Source: Ginglymostoma cirratum (taxonomy: Eukaryota). From it: DNA of 64,000 nucleotides. The notes below the pieces were generated by a model. The model searched no databases. It saw only the letters and a list, made by a program, of their open reading frames with translations, and was not told the origin of the DNA. A program made the translations under genes and the position numbers. This document shows, one piece after another, positions 13,501 through 25,500 of the stretch (positions are counted from its first letter, which is position 1; each line of letters begins with the position of its first letter). The DNA lies in assembly GCA_024137785.1 (NCBI GenBank), contig JAHRHZ010000018.1, forward strand, positions 14,661,607-14,725,606, read 5' to 3'.

Positions 13501-16500
13501 CTGAATGCAGTCTTGATATGCCGAAAATACTTTACTATCCTCTTCGACTGCTTTGTCAGGCTTCCGTAGGAAGTACTGAGCATTGTTAGCACTATTCAGT
13601 GGAGGAAGATCAATATTCTGCAGCAAAGTTTCCAGCCTATGGCAAGCGAGGTTATATCTGTTAAAGCAAATTAAAATTGGTTATAAGTATAGTAGACTCA
13701 TCAATCAAAACCATACTAGCTATAAAATCTCACACCAAATAGACAAGTGATTTAATTTGTGATCACATTTTTTCCTTCATTGATGAGGGAAATAATTCCT
13801 TCTAGGGCACAAGAGCTTACTATTATCATTACTGAGAATGATTAACAAAGAAAACCATAATGAAATGTACAGTAATAAACAATTAAAACTAAAATTAAAT
13901 GTCTTAAAAAGCTGACTTTCTCCTCTCGACCTTCCTCTCTGAGGTAGGGATTCAGAAAGGCTAGCAACTTTCCAGTGCTTTGGCTAACTGACTACCTTTC
14001 AGGTGCGGTCATAAATGGCACACTAGTGTGAACAACAGAAATCAAGCCTACCCTCAGTGAACAACTTATTTCCAAGCAGAAAACTCCAGACAGTCAAAGA
14101 CATAGATCTGCTTTGCATAGTCCAATTACTGAAGCATCTGTCTCTTTGCTGCTGTCAGCACACACAACGGACCTGACGTCTTATGACTGAAGTCAGGGCA
14201 CGCAATCTAAAACTTTCACAACTTTGAATGTACATGACAGACATATAATTGTTCACTGAATTCTTATGCTGCATTTTTCCCATAAGGAGTTGCAAATCAT
14301 CTTTTCACAGCTCTAATTCTGTTCAAACTATGTTAGTGGTTGAGCCTCACTTTCAATCAGAAAGCATTAACAAAATTAATTTTACAATTTTTCAAATGCT
14401 GTTTACAGTTTGTTTCTATTGTAATAAGGTTTGCTAGTTGTAGCTAGGATCAAGAGGAGATATTCTGTAAGCTAAGAAATGGTGAAGCAATTAGGTTTTC
14501 TGCTCCAGATCATTATAATGCAATTGATGCTGATCAAATCACCTTGTGAAAACAATTTACAAAGACAGCAAACACGGGTGGGATACTCCATATCTCATGA
14601 TTAAACCCAAATGGGGTACATTAAGAGTGGTCCTTCAATGGGGAACTATAGGGTCACCAGCAAGAACAGATGTATGCCCCAGCACAAATAATTTGCAAAA
14701 GATAGATGAGGAAACAAAATGCCAGACTTTACTTGCACCTATTAAAATGAATAAACTAACCTGCACTGTATATCTTCTTGAAGAGCTACCATCATTGTTA
14801 ATTGCTGTTCCATTTCTGGCTGGCTTGCAGAATCACTTTCACCTTTTAGAGGGTCATGAATCAACTTGATTTCACTTTCCCATGGTAAGATGTAAGTGTG
14901 CCCATAATACAGACCCAGTGGTATTTTAGCTCTTGCATTTGTGCTTCCATAACGCCCGATCACAGTAATCTGCAAAACAAATGGGAAGATTTGGTTTAAA
15001 AAAGTAATAAAGAATTTAAGTAAAAGCAAAATTCTTTAGATGCTGGAAAAACTCAGGAGGTCTGGCAGCACCTATGGAGAGAGAAACAGTTAACATTAGG
15101 TCCGATACGACTCTTCAGAACTGATCTCAAAACGTTAACTGTTTTTCTCTCTACAGACCAGCTGTGTTTCTCCAACACTTTCTTTTTATTTTATATATAA
15201 AAATACCTTAACTCACATAGATTGTATGTGAAAGGAAGTATTCAAAACTCCAAACAATTGCTCTGTCATCAATTTATCTTAAATCGAAAGTTCTCATCAT
15301 CTTTAGTCCTGTAACACTCATGGTATACTGAGCACTATTCACACCGTATTCCCCAAGTTAAAACAAGATTTTTCTGGACACTGGTACCCCATTTTACTCT
15401 AAAGAGATTCAGACCTCATATAATCTTCTCAAAAGCCGTCTACATTCATACACAACCTATCCCTTTCCACCCCTAATACAACCCATTTGCTGCTGAAACC
15501 CTCACCTAGGCCTCTAACCTCTGGATTCAACCACTGCAATGCTCTCATTACAGGTTACCACTCACAGCATGAAACTAGAAGATTGGGAAAACTTTAAAGG
15601 TCAACAGAAAGCCACAAAAGGAAAACTAGCACAGAATATAAAGACAGATAGCAAAAGTTTCTATAAATATACAAAATGAAAAAGAGTGGCTAAAGTAAAC
15701 GTTGACCCTACAGAGGAAGAGAAGGGGAATCTAGTTATGGAATATGATGAAATGGCCAAGGCACTGAACAGGTATTTTGTATCAGTCTTCACAGTGGAGG
15801 ACACTAATAACACGCCAGTAATTGACAAAGAGACGAAGGGAGGTGAGGACCTGGAAACAATCATTATTATGGAAGAGGTAGTGTTGGGCAAGCTAATAGA
15901 GCTAAGGATTGATAAGTCTCCTGGCCCTGATGGAATGCATCCCAGGGTACTAAAAGAGATGGCAGGAGAAATAGCAGGTGCACTGGTGGTAATTTTCCAA
16001 AATTCGCTGGACTCTGGGGCAGTCCCAGCAGATCGGAAAACAGCAAATGTGACGCCACTGTTTAAAAAAGGAGGTAGACAAAAGACGGGGAATTATAGAC
16101 CGGTTAGCTTAACCTCTGTAGGTGGGGAAGATGCTTGAGTCTATTATCAAGGAAGAAATAGCAAGGCATCTCGATAGAAATTGTCCCGTTGGGCAGACGC
16201 AGCATGGGTTCATGAAGGGCAGGTCATGCTTGACAAATCTTTTGGAATTCTATGAAGACATTACGAGCAAGGTGGACAATGGGGACCCAGTGGGTGTGGT
16301 GTACCTGGATTCACAAAAGGCCTTCGACAAGGTGCCGCACAAGATAAGGATGCATGGCATTAGGGGTAAAGTATTAGCATGGATAGAGGATTGGTTGACT
16401 AACAGGAAGCAAAGAGTGGGGGATAAATGAGTGTTATCCTGGATGGCAGTGACTAGTGGTGTGTCTCAGGGATCGGTGTCGGGACCGCAATTATTTACAA

Positions 16501-19500
16501 TTTATATAGATGATTTGGAGTTGGGGACCACGTGTAGGGTGTCAAAGTTTGCAGATGACACTAAGATGAGTGGCAGAGCAAAGTTGCAGAGGACTGTGAA
16601 ACCTTACAGGGGAACATAGATACATTGAGTGAGTGGGCAAAGGTCTGGCTGATGGAATACAATGTAAATAAATGTGAAGTCATACATTTTGGTAGGAGTA
16701 ATAGTAAAAAGGGCTATTACTTGAATGGTAAAAAGTTGCAGCATGCTGCTATGCAGAGGGACCTGGGTGTCCTTGTGCATGAATCACAGAAGGTTGGTCT
16801 GCAGGTACAACAAGTATTTAGGAAGGCAAATGGAATTTTGTCCTTCATTGCTAAAGGGATTGAGTTTAAAAGCAGAGAGGTTATGTTGCAACTGTACAAG
16901 ATGCTGGTGAGGCCACACCTGGAGTACTGTGTGCAATTTTGGTCTCCTTACTTGAAAAGGGATATACTGGCACTGGAGTGGGTGCAGAGGAGGTTCACTA
17001 GGTTGATTCCAGAGTTGAGAGGGTTGGCTTATGAGGACAGACTGAGTAGATTGGGATTACATTCATTGGAATTCATTAGATCGAGGGGGCATCTTATAGA
17101 AACATATAAAATTATGAAGGGAATAGGTAAGATAGAAGTAGAGAGGATGTTTCCACTGGCAGGTGAAGCTAGGACAAGAGGGCATAGCCTCAAGATTAGA
17201 GAGAGCAGATTTAGGACTGAATTGAGAAGGAACTTCTTCACCCAGAGGGTTGTTAATCTATGGAATTCCTTGCCCAGTGAAGTAGTTGACACTACTTCAG
17301 TAAACATTTTTAAAGCTAAGATAGATACTTTTTTGAACAATAAAGGAATTAAGAGATACGGTGAGAGCATGGGTAAGTGGATCTGAGTCCACAAAAAGAT
17401 CAGCCATGATCTTATTGAATGGCGGAGCAGGCTCGAAGGGCCAGACGGCCTACTCCTGCTTCTAGTTCTTAAGTTCTTATGTTAATCAACTTCAATTTGC
17501 CAAACTCTCCTACCCCACATCAACTTCTATTCAGCCATCACTTCTATGTTCTTTAAGCATTATTAAAATCTGGTTTTGCCAGACATTAAATTTAATATTC
17601 TCACAAGTGTTCAAAAATCCTTTCACGGCCTCATCCCATCTCATTTCCATAACTTTCAACAGTCTTTCCCAGGAACTTGGATCACTCACATGCTGAAATT
17701 ACTTTGATCCTCCATGTCGTCTTCAGCTTTCTGAGCTCAGAAATTTCCCTTCTTAAACTGTTGCATATATTTTTTCTTCTTTAAAGATTCCACCCAAAAC
17801 CAATCTCCTCTAGAGTTTTTAATTATTGTAATGCTTCCTTTTGAGGAGTATCAGTTTGTCAGAGCACGTTTTTGGGAGGTACCTTGAGATATTTATTTCA
17901 CTTAAAAAGGCACATAATAACAACAAGGTGTAGAGCTGGATGAACACAGCAGGACAAGCAGCATCATAGGAGCAGGAAAGCTGACGTTTCGGGCCTTGAC
18001 CCTTCTTCAGAAATGGGGTTCTGTAATAAATAGGGAGAGAGGGGGAGGCAGATAGAAGATGGATAGAGGAGAAGATAGGTGGAGAGGAGACAGACAGGTC
18101 AAAGAGGCAGGGAGTTAGGGAGGAGATAGGTCAGTCCAGGGAGGACGGACAGGTCAAGGAGGCGGGATGAGGTTAGTAGGTAGGAGGGGATAGGTGGGAG
18201 GAAGGACAGGTTAGGGAGGTGGGACAAGCTGGGCTGGTTTTGGGATGCGGTAGGGGGAGGGGAGATTTTGAAGCTTGTCAAGTCCACATTGCCTTCCTGC
18301 TCCTCTGATGCTGCTTGGCCTGCTGTGTTCATCCAGCTCTACACCTTGTTATCTCAGATTCTCCAGCATCTGCAATTCCTACTATCTCCATAGTTCTTTG
18401 GATTTGTTTTTGTTTTTGTTAAGTGTATATTGTTTTTGTTATTCATGTAGTTTAACAGGGTACATACCTTCATGAACCTGCAAACAGGTGGAGGCAGTAA
18501 ATCATGAAGAATCAGTGAGTGTGTACTAATATCTGTGGCCACCACTAAACGTCTTCCATCCACTTCTTCTCCCAGAGTCCAAATGTCAATTGATAAAGAT
18601 GCCAAATCGCCACAGGTTGGAATTAATATATCGGTCAAGAGTATTGGTCTTCCAAAGTCCAGCGTCACAAACCGTCGAGCCCCTAAATTAGAAAAATAAA
18701 ATTTAAGTTGAATTATCAAACAAAGCAGACATTTTAGTTACAAGATGACAAACATTCAGAGGATATGCAGGACAAAAAGGTTTAACTATTAGTATGGGTG
18801 CAATTAATAAATTAATACTTTGTTGAATGGGTGACAAGTATCAGATTTGAGCATCTTGGAAATGTGCAGAACAGCCAATCTATTAAAGTTGCATTGTCAT
18901 TAAAATTACTCCACTTGCTTTCATATCTTTTGCTCAATGCTCTCTCTCTTTCATCAAGATGCCCTAGAAACTGAAAAATGGACATGATTTAAAATCTCTA
19001 AGTAGGGCACAAATAATTCAACTGCTAAAGGTAGCAAATACTTCTGTTGCAAATAGCAGGAAAGGCCAGTAACAGATTTCAACCAAGGTAGCTAGCAAAG
19101 CATGACAGTCAATCTTGCTATCTCTGGCCAGAGAGGAAAAAAATAGGTCAGAATTCATATTTCTAACAATCAGTTTTTGAATTCCTGCTGGAAAAGAATG
19201 CTAATACACTTGAGGTAATGATGCTGTCGAGTTTAGCAGCGAGGCACTTCAGAATCAAACAGCCCGCCTACATTGTCTGTTTTATTCTGACGAAAAATGG
19301 CCATTTTCACAAAGCAACAAGATAACCGGCACTTGGAAAAAACGAGAGTAAATACACACAGGGTAGACAAAAATTGCTGATAAAAGTCAATGCTTTATAC
19401 AGCTCCAGACTACTGCAACACAACAATTATAACAAAAGGTTTATCTACCCGAATGCATGCGTTCAATGATAATAGATTGATGTGGTGGAGGCTGAAGTAG

Positions 19501-22500
19501 GTGAGAAGCATGAGAAATTGCTAGAGCGAGGCCAGTTCCCAGAGAACTCTGAAAGATAAAAAAAAATTATTGCATTAACATCCAAAAATTGATCAATTAA
19601 ATTAAATAAAGCAAAAAATCCAGCACACTCACTTGTGCTTCATTTACTAAGTCAACATGCTAACCCAAAAGTATTTCTGGCAGCAAAAAGGTCAATTGAG
19701 ACAAAAATTAATCATGCTTGCCCATTGAATAGTATCATTTCATGCATTACTCATACAAAATGTAGAAATAAAGAATTTTGCACAATTTGCACATTCAGTA
19801 CATTACAATTCACAAATTAACCTTTCGTTTATTCATTGCAAAGTGACATAAACATCGCAAGTGGCACTTCCACACTGCTCAAGAACTATCACATAAGAAA
19901 GTGCTTTTTCTACATTGGACAACTTAAAAATTATACACAGTACACTAACTGAGGCCTGATTGTGCATTGTTTAAATTCCTTGTTTACTCACTACTGTATA
20001 TTCCTACTTATAAAACCCAAAATGCTATTGGTCTTTTCAAATTGCACACGTCACTGAATCACAAATTGGAAGTCCAACAGGATTCAAAAAGGAGGTGATC
20101 AGCTCAGTTTTTTAGCATGTGGTTCAGGTCAATGCCAACAGCTTGGGTTCAATTCCCGTCCAACCGAGGTAAACGCAGGACCACAGTCCTTCACACTGCC
20201 CTTAAGGGGGCAGCAGCAAACTGCTACTGACAAAAACTGACAAGAAAAAACAGCTCAGGCTAAAGCATAGCAGCAAGGAACTAAAGACACACCTTTGAAC
20301 AAAAGAAGAAAACTTACAGCCCAGGAACAGGCCCTTCGGCCCTCCAAGCCTGTGCCGATCCAAATCCACTGTCTAAACCTATCGCCCAATTCCTAACGAT
20401 CTGTATCCCTCTGCTCCCCACCTACTCATGCATCTGTCCAGACGCACCTTAAATGAATCTACCGTGCCTGCCTCTACTACCTCTGCTGGCAACGCGTTCC
20501 AGGCACCTACCACCCTCTGTGTAAAGTACTTTCCGCGTGTATCCCCTTTAAACTTTTCTCCTCTCACCTTGAACACGTGACCCCTCGTTATTGAACCCCT
20601 TACCCTGGGAAAAAGCTTATCTCTATCAACCCTGTCTATACCCATCATGATTTTGAAGACCTCAATCGGGTCCCCCTCAATCTCCTTTTTTCTAATGAAA
20701 GCAATCCTAACCTACTCAACCTTTCTTCATAGCTAGCACCTTCCATACCAGGCAACATCCTCGTAAACCTTCTCTGTACCCTCTCCAAAGCTTCCACATC
20801 CTTTCGGTAATGTGGCGACCAGAACTGTACACAGTATTCTAAATGCGGCCGAACCAAAGTCTTGTACAATTTTAACATGACCTGCCAGCTCTTATACTCA
20901 ATACCCTGTCCGATGAAGGCAAGCATACCATATGCCTTCTTGACCACTCGATCCACCTGTGCAGCCACCTTCAGGGTACAATGGACCTAAACTCCCAGAT
21001 CTCTCTGCTCATCAACTTTTCCCAAGGCTCTTCCGTTTACAGTATAGTTTGCTCTAGAATTAGACCTCCCAAAATGCATCACCTCACACGTGCCCGGATT
21101 GAACTCCATCCGCCACTTCTCCGCCCAACTCTCCAGTCTATCTGTATTCTCCTGTATTCTTTGACAATCCCCTATGCTTTCTGCTACTCCCCCAATCTTC
21201 GTGTCATCTGCAAACTTACTGATCAGACCACTTATGCCCTCTTCCAGATCATTTATGTATATCACAAACAACAGTGGCCCCAGCACTGATCCCTGTGGAA
21301 CACCACTGGTCACCTTTCTCCATTTCGAGAAACTCCCTTCAACTACTACTCTCTGTCTCCTGTTGCTCAACCAGTTCTTTATCCACCTAGCTAGAACACC
21401 CTGCACACCATGTGACTTCACTTTCTCCATTAGTTTACGATGGGGAACCTTATCAAACGCCTTACTAAAGTCCATGTAGATGACATCTACAGCCCTTCCT
21501 TCATCTATCAACTTGGTCACTTCCTCAAAGAACTCTATTAAGTTAGTAAGGCATGATCTCCCCTGCACAAAACCACGTTGCCTATCACTGGACAGAGCAT
21601 ACATGAAAGGAAAAAAGTATTTAAACTCCTGAAGTGTCTCTGCTCATTTAAACCATTCACTGATAAATTTGTATTCCGAGGCAACAGCCGGATTTCTACC
21701 CACTGTATAATAGAGAATATGTGACTGCACTAGAAACATTACAAATAATTTTACGAGAATATTGTCTGGACTAGAAAATTTAATTTATGTGGAAAGATTC
21801 AATCAGCTAGGGGTATGGAACAGAAGGGGCTGAATGCTTGCCTAGTGGAAACATATAAAATCATAAGGATTTCCACCAAGTGGATAAGAAAGCCCTATTC
21901 CTCGTGGTTGAGGGAACGTGGAATTAAGCATAATGACTACTTCACAGCTGGCACAGACATGATGTAAAGTCACCTCCTTGCATAAATTTCTTTAGTTTCC
22001 AATTTTTCTTCTAAAATCCATTATATTAGATTAGTCAGCAAATCGTCATATTGTTCTGCCTAGATCCAAATTTAAATCATCAACATGAAGTAAGTGAGTC
22101 TAGCACCAGCTACAGAGATACACCATTTGTCATTATTCGCCATCTGAAGTTAACACTTGCAAACACTAATCATTTGTTTCTCACCCAACAAATTTCTATC
22201 TATGCTATATTTCCACGTAGCACTTATTATAAGATTCCCGCAAAACATCTTGAAATGCCTCGCAAAAATCCATGTTGAATCTAATCAGTGAATTAATTCA
22301 ACTAATTGCGAAAGGCAGTCAGTTTTTTAAAAAAGGTTAATTGGAATTGTGCGCAATTGATATTTAACAGATTTTAAAAACCAATATATTTAAATATGCA
22401 CAGGAATTCTAAAAATATATACATTAGTAGGATACTCCCAAACATACCGTTTTGGACTTGTTGGCATTTTTTGAATGAATGGCCACAGTGACAGGATGAG

Positions 22501-25500
22501 GATCAATAACTGAGCCAGGAAAGAGCTGGGCTAATTCTGCACTGATTGCTGCAGAAACTGCCTCATTGGGAGGTGTTAATGGCGGAGTCATGAACAATGG
22601 CGTTGTTTTTGGAGTGGGTGGAATGACATCAGCGGGGTGTATGAAAAAGCCAGGTGCTGTGGAGGCACTAGAAGGCACAGAGTTGTGAATAGGTCCGACT
22701 CCAGGTGCTGACGCTGCTACTGCTGCTGCCGTTGTCTGATGCAACTTGGCTTCCAGCTTGGCCTTCTGTTATATTTAAGAAAAAAAGTAGTCATTAAACT
22801 ATCTAATTGCAGCAGGTCGCCAATAAGTTAGAAAAAAAGCACAAAGAATGAGATTTGGTTTCTCAAATCTGAGTTTGTGAGAAGAAACTACCTCATCATC
22901 TATACTCACACTGGGTTTCCCCATGATCGACAGCAATATAAAAATACTCATTTCATTTCTGTATCAGGATGTCACTAAACCTATCACTGATTATAAAGAA
23001 TAAAACATGACTTACACAAATTTGTAAGGAAGATAGGGTAGAACTGGGGCCAAATTTTAATAACGGCTTCCATAATCAACAAATACAACTAAAATAGCAC
23101 CATTTACCTGTTGCTGAAGTTTTAGCAACTGCTGTTGTTTCTCCTGCAGAACCTGTAGCTGTTGCTCTGCTGAGGCCATTGCATGGGAGAGGGACTGAAG
23201 GGCTACTTGGGCTGCTGAACTCAGGGCCGTTGAGGCTTCTCCTACTGTGCCAGTTGTAAGCCCACCTACTGCTGTTGTAAGCCCAAAGCCAGTCACTAAA
23301 CAACAGGAAAACAGAAACACCTGCAGTTAATTTTTAATAATAATTTGTATTTTGACTTGTAAAAAAAGTAATGTTTCAAAAGATGAGTTATGACAGATTC
23401 AAAACACTAACTCTACGTCTCTCTAGGGGTGATGCCAGACCTGCTGAATTTCTCCAGCATTGTGTTTGATTTAGGTTCCTGCTTAAATGATCTGCTGACA
23501 AAAACTAGGATAATGCAGTCCACAAAACATTTTCTTATTCATTGAATATTAAAAAAGCAATTCAATTCTGTCAACTATATGGCCACTTAGCTCAACAGAG
23601 ACCATTTACATCCACATACATTTTGGTTAAATTTAACTAGTGAAGCTATGTGGGTGGAACTGTTAATAAGAAGGGGATGATCACCTTGATGGGGTTGTAC
23701 TATAGGCCCTACAGTCAAAGGGAAACAGAGAAGCAAATATGTAGGGAGATCTCATATCTGAGAATAACAGGGTTATACAGTAGGGGCTTTTAACTTTCCA
23801 AACACAGACTGGGACTATCATAGTGTCAAGGGCTTAGATGGTGAGGAATTTGTGAAATGCATTCAAGAAAATTTTCTTTATCAATATGTAAACGTACCTA
23901 TTTGAAAAGGAGCAAAACTCTATCTTCTCATGGGGAAAACAAGCAGGGCAAGTAAATGAGGTGTTTGCAGGGGAGCACTTTGGAACCAGTGACCACAATG
24001 CTCTTAGTTTCAAAACAGTTATGGATAAGGATAGGCCTTGTATAGAAGTTAAAGTTCTAAATTGGAACAAAGCCAATTTTGACAGTATTAGACATGAACT
24101 TTCAAAAGTTGATTGGGATAGGCTGTTTGCAGGTAAAGGGATGACTGGCAAGTGGGAGGTTTTCAAAAATGAGATAACGAATGTTGAGAGAGAGCATGTT
24201 CTTGTCAGAGTGAAGGGCAATGCTGTTGGCAGAGGTAACATTGGATGACAAAGAAATTGAGGTTCTGGTCAAAAAAAGGAGACAAGCCGCCAGAGAAATG
24301 GTGAAGGATTGTACAATTAAGTCATCTGGATGGGTACATAAATAGGAAGGGTTTAAGAGAGATATCGGCCAAATGCTGGCAAATGGGACCAGATTAATTT
24401 AGGATGCCTGATTAGTATGGATGAATTGGACCAAAGGGTCTGTTTCCATACTGTACATCTGTATGACTTTGTCGCTATATCTCAGGTATTGACAGCTGGG
24501 ACCAAGTCTTGAGGAGTACAGGGGCGTAGGGGCATACTTAACAGGGAAATCAGGAGAGCAAAAAGGAGCTACAAGATTGTTTAGCAGATAAGGTTAAAGA
24601 GAATCTATAGAGATTCTAAAAGTATATTAAGGGCAAGAGCAAGTAGGGAGAGAACAGGGCCCCTTAAAGATCAACGAGGCCATCTATGTGTGGAACCACA
24701 TGAGATAGGTGAGTTACTAAAATATTTTATATCAGTATTTACTATGGAGAAAGACATGGAAGTTAGGGAATTTGGGACAAATAAATATTAATGTCTTGAA
24801 AACAGTCCACATTACAGAAGAGGTGGCATTGGAGGTCTTAAAATGCATAAACGTAAATAAATCCCTGGACCTGATTATGTATGAGGACATTGTACGAAGT
24901 TAGGAAAGAAACTGTAGGGCCCCTAGCAGAGATATCTGCATCATTTACAGCCACGGGTGAGGTGCAGAGGACTGGTTTCTGCCTTTATTTAAGGAAGGCT
25001 GCAAGGAAAAGCCAGGGAACTACAGACCACTGAGTTTGATATCAGCAATGGCTAAGTTGTTGGAGAAGATTCTGACAGACAGGGTTTACTAATTAGGGAT
25101 GGTCAGCATGGCTTCGTGTGTGGAAAATCGTGTCTCACAAACTTGACTGAGTTTTTTTGAAGATGTAACCAAGAGGATAGATGAAGGCAAAGCAGCAGGC
25201 ATTGTCTACATGGACTTGAGCAAGGCCTTTGACAAGGTTCCACATGGTAGGTTGGTTAGTAAAATTGGATCACATGGGATCCAGACGGAGCTTGCTAATT
25301 GGATACAAAATTCACTTGACCATAGGAGACAGAGGATGGTGGTACAGAGTTGTTTTTTGGACTGGAGGTCTGTGACCAGTGGTGTTCCACAGTGCTGGGT
25401 CTACTGTTGCTTTCATTTATATAAATGATTTCAATAAGATTAAAGGAAGCATGGTTAATAAGTTTGCGGATGACACCAAAATTGGTGGCATGATGGACAG

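Noticed and set aside
15686-17386. Reverse-transcriptase ORFs as a retron, DGR or other prokaryotic RT system
   Set aside because: These are typical vertebrate CR1 ORF2 fragments with frameshifts and a CR1 tail, inside a spliceosomal intron.
19030-19340. Possible ancient SINE or conserved non-coding element (also 13990-14200 and 11200-11620)
   Set aside because: It looks repeat-derived but is too decayed to assign without a database search.
23296-23320. Upstream alternative acceptor ctgcag| for exon 23108-23295
   Set aside because: It adds 25 nt and shifts the frame, and it lacks its own pyrimidine tract.
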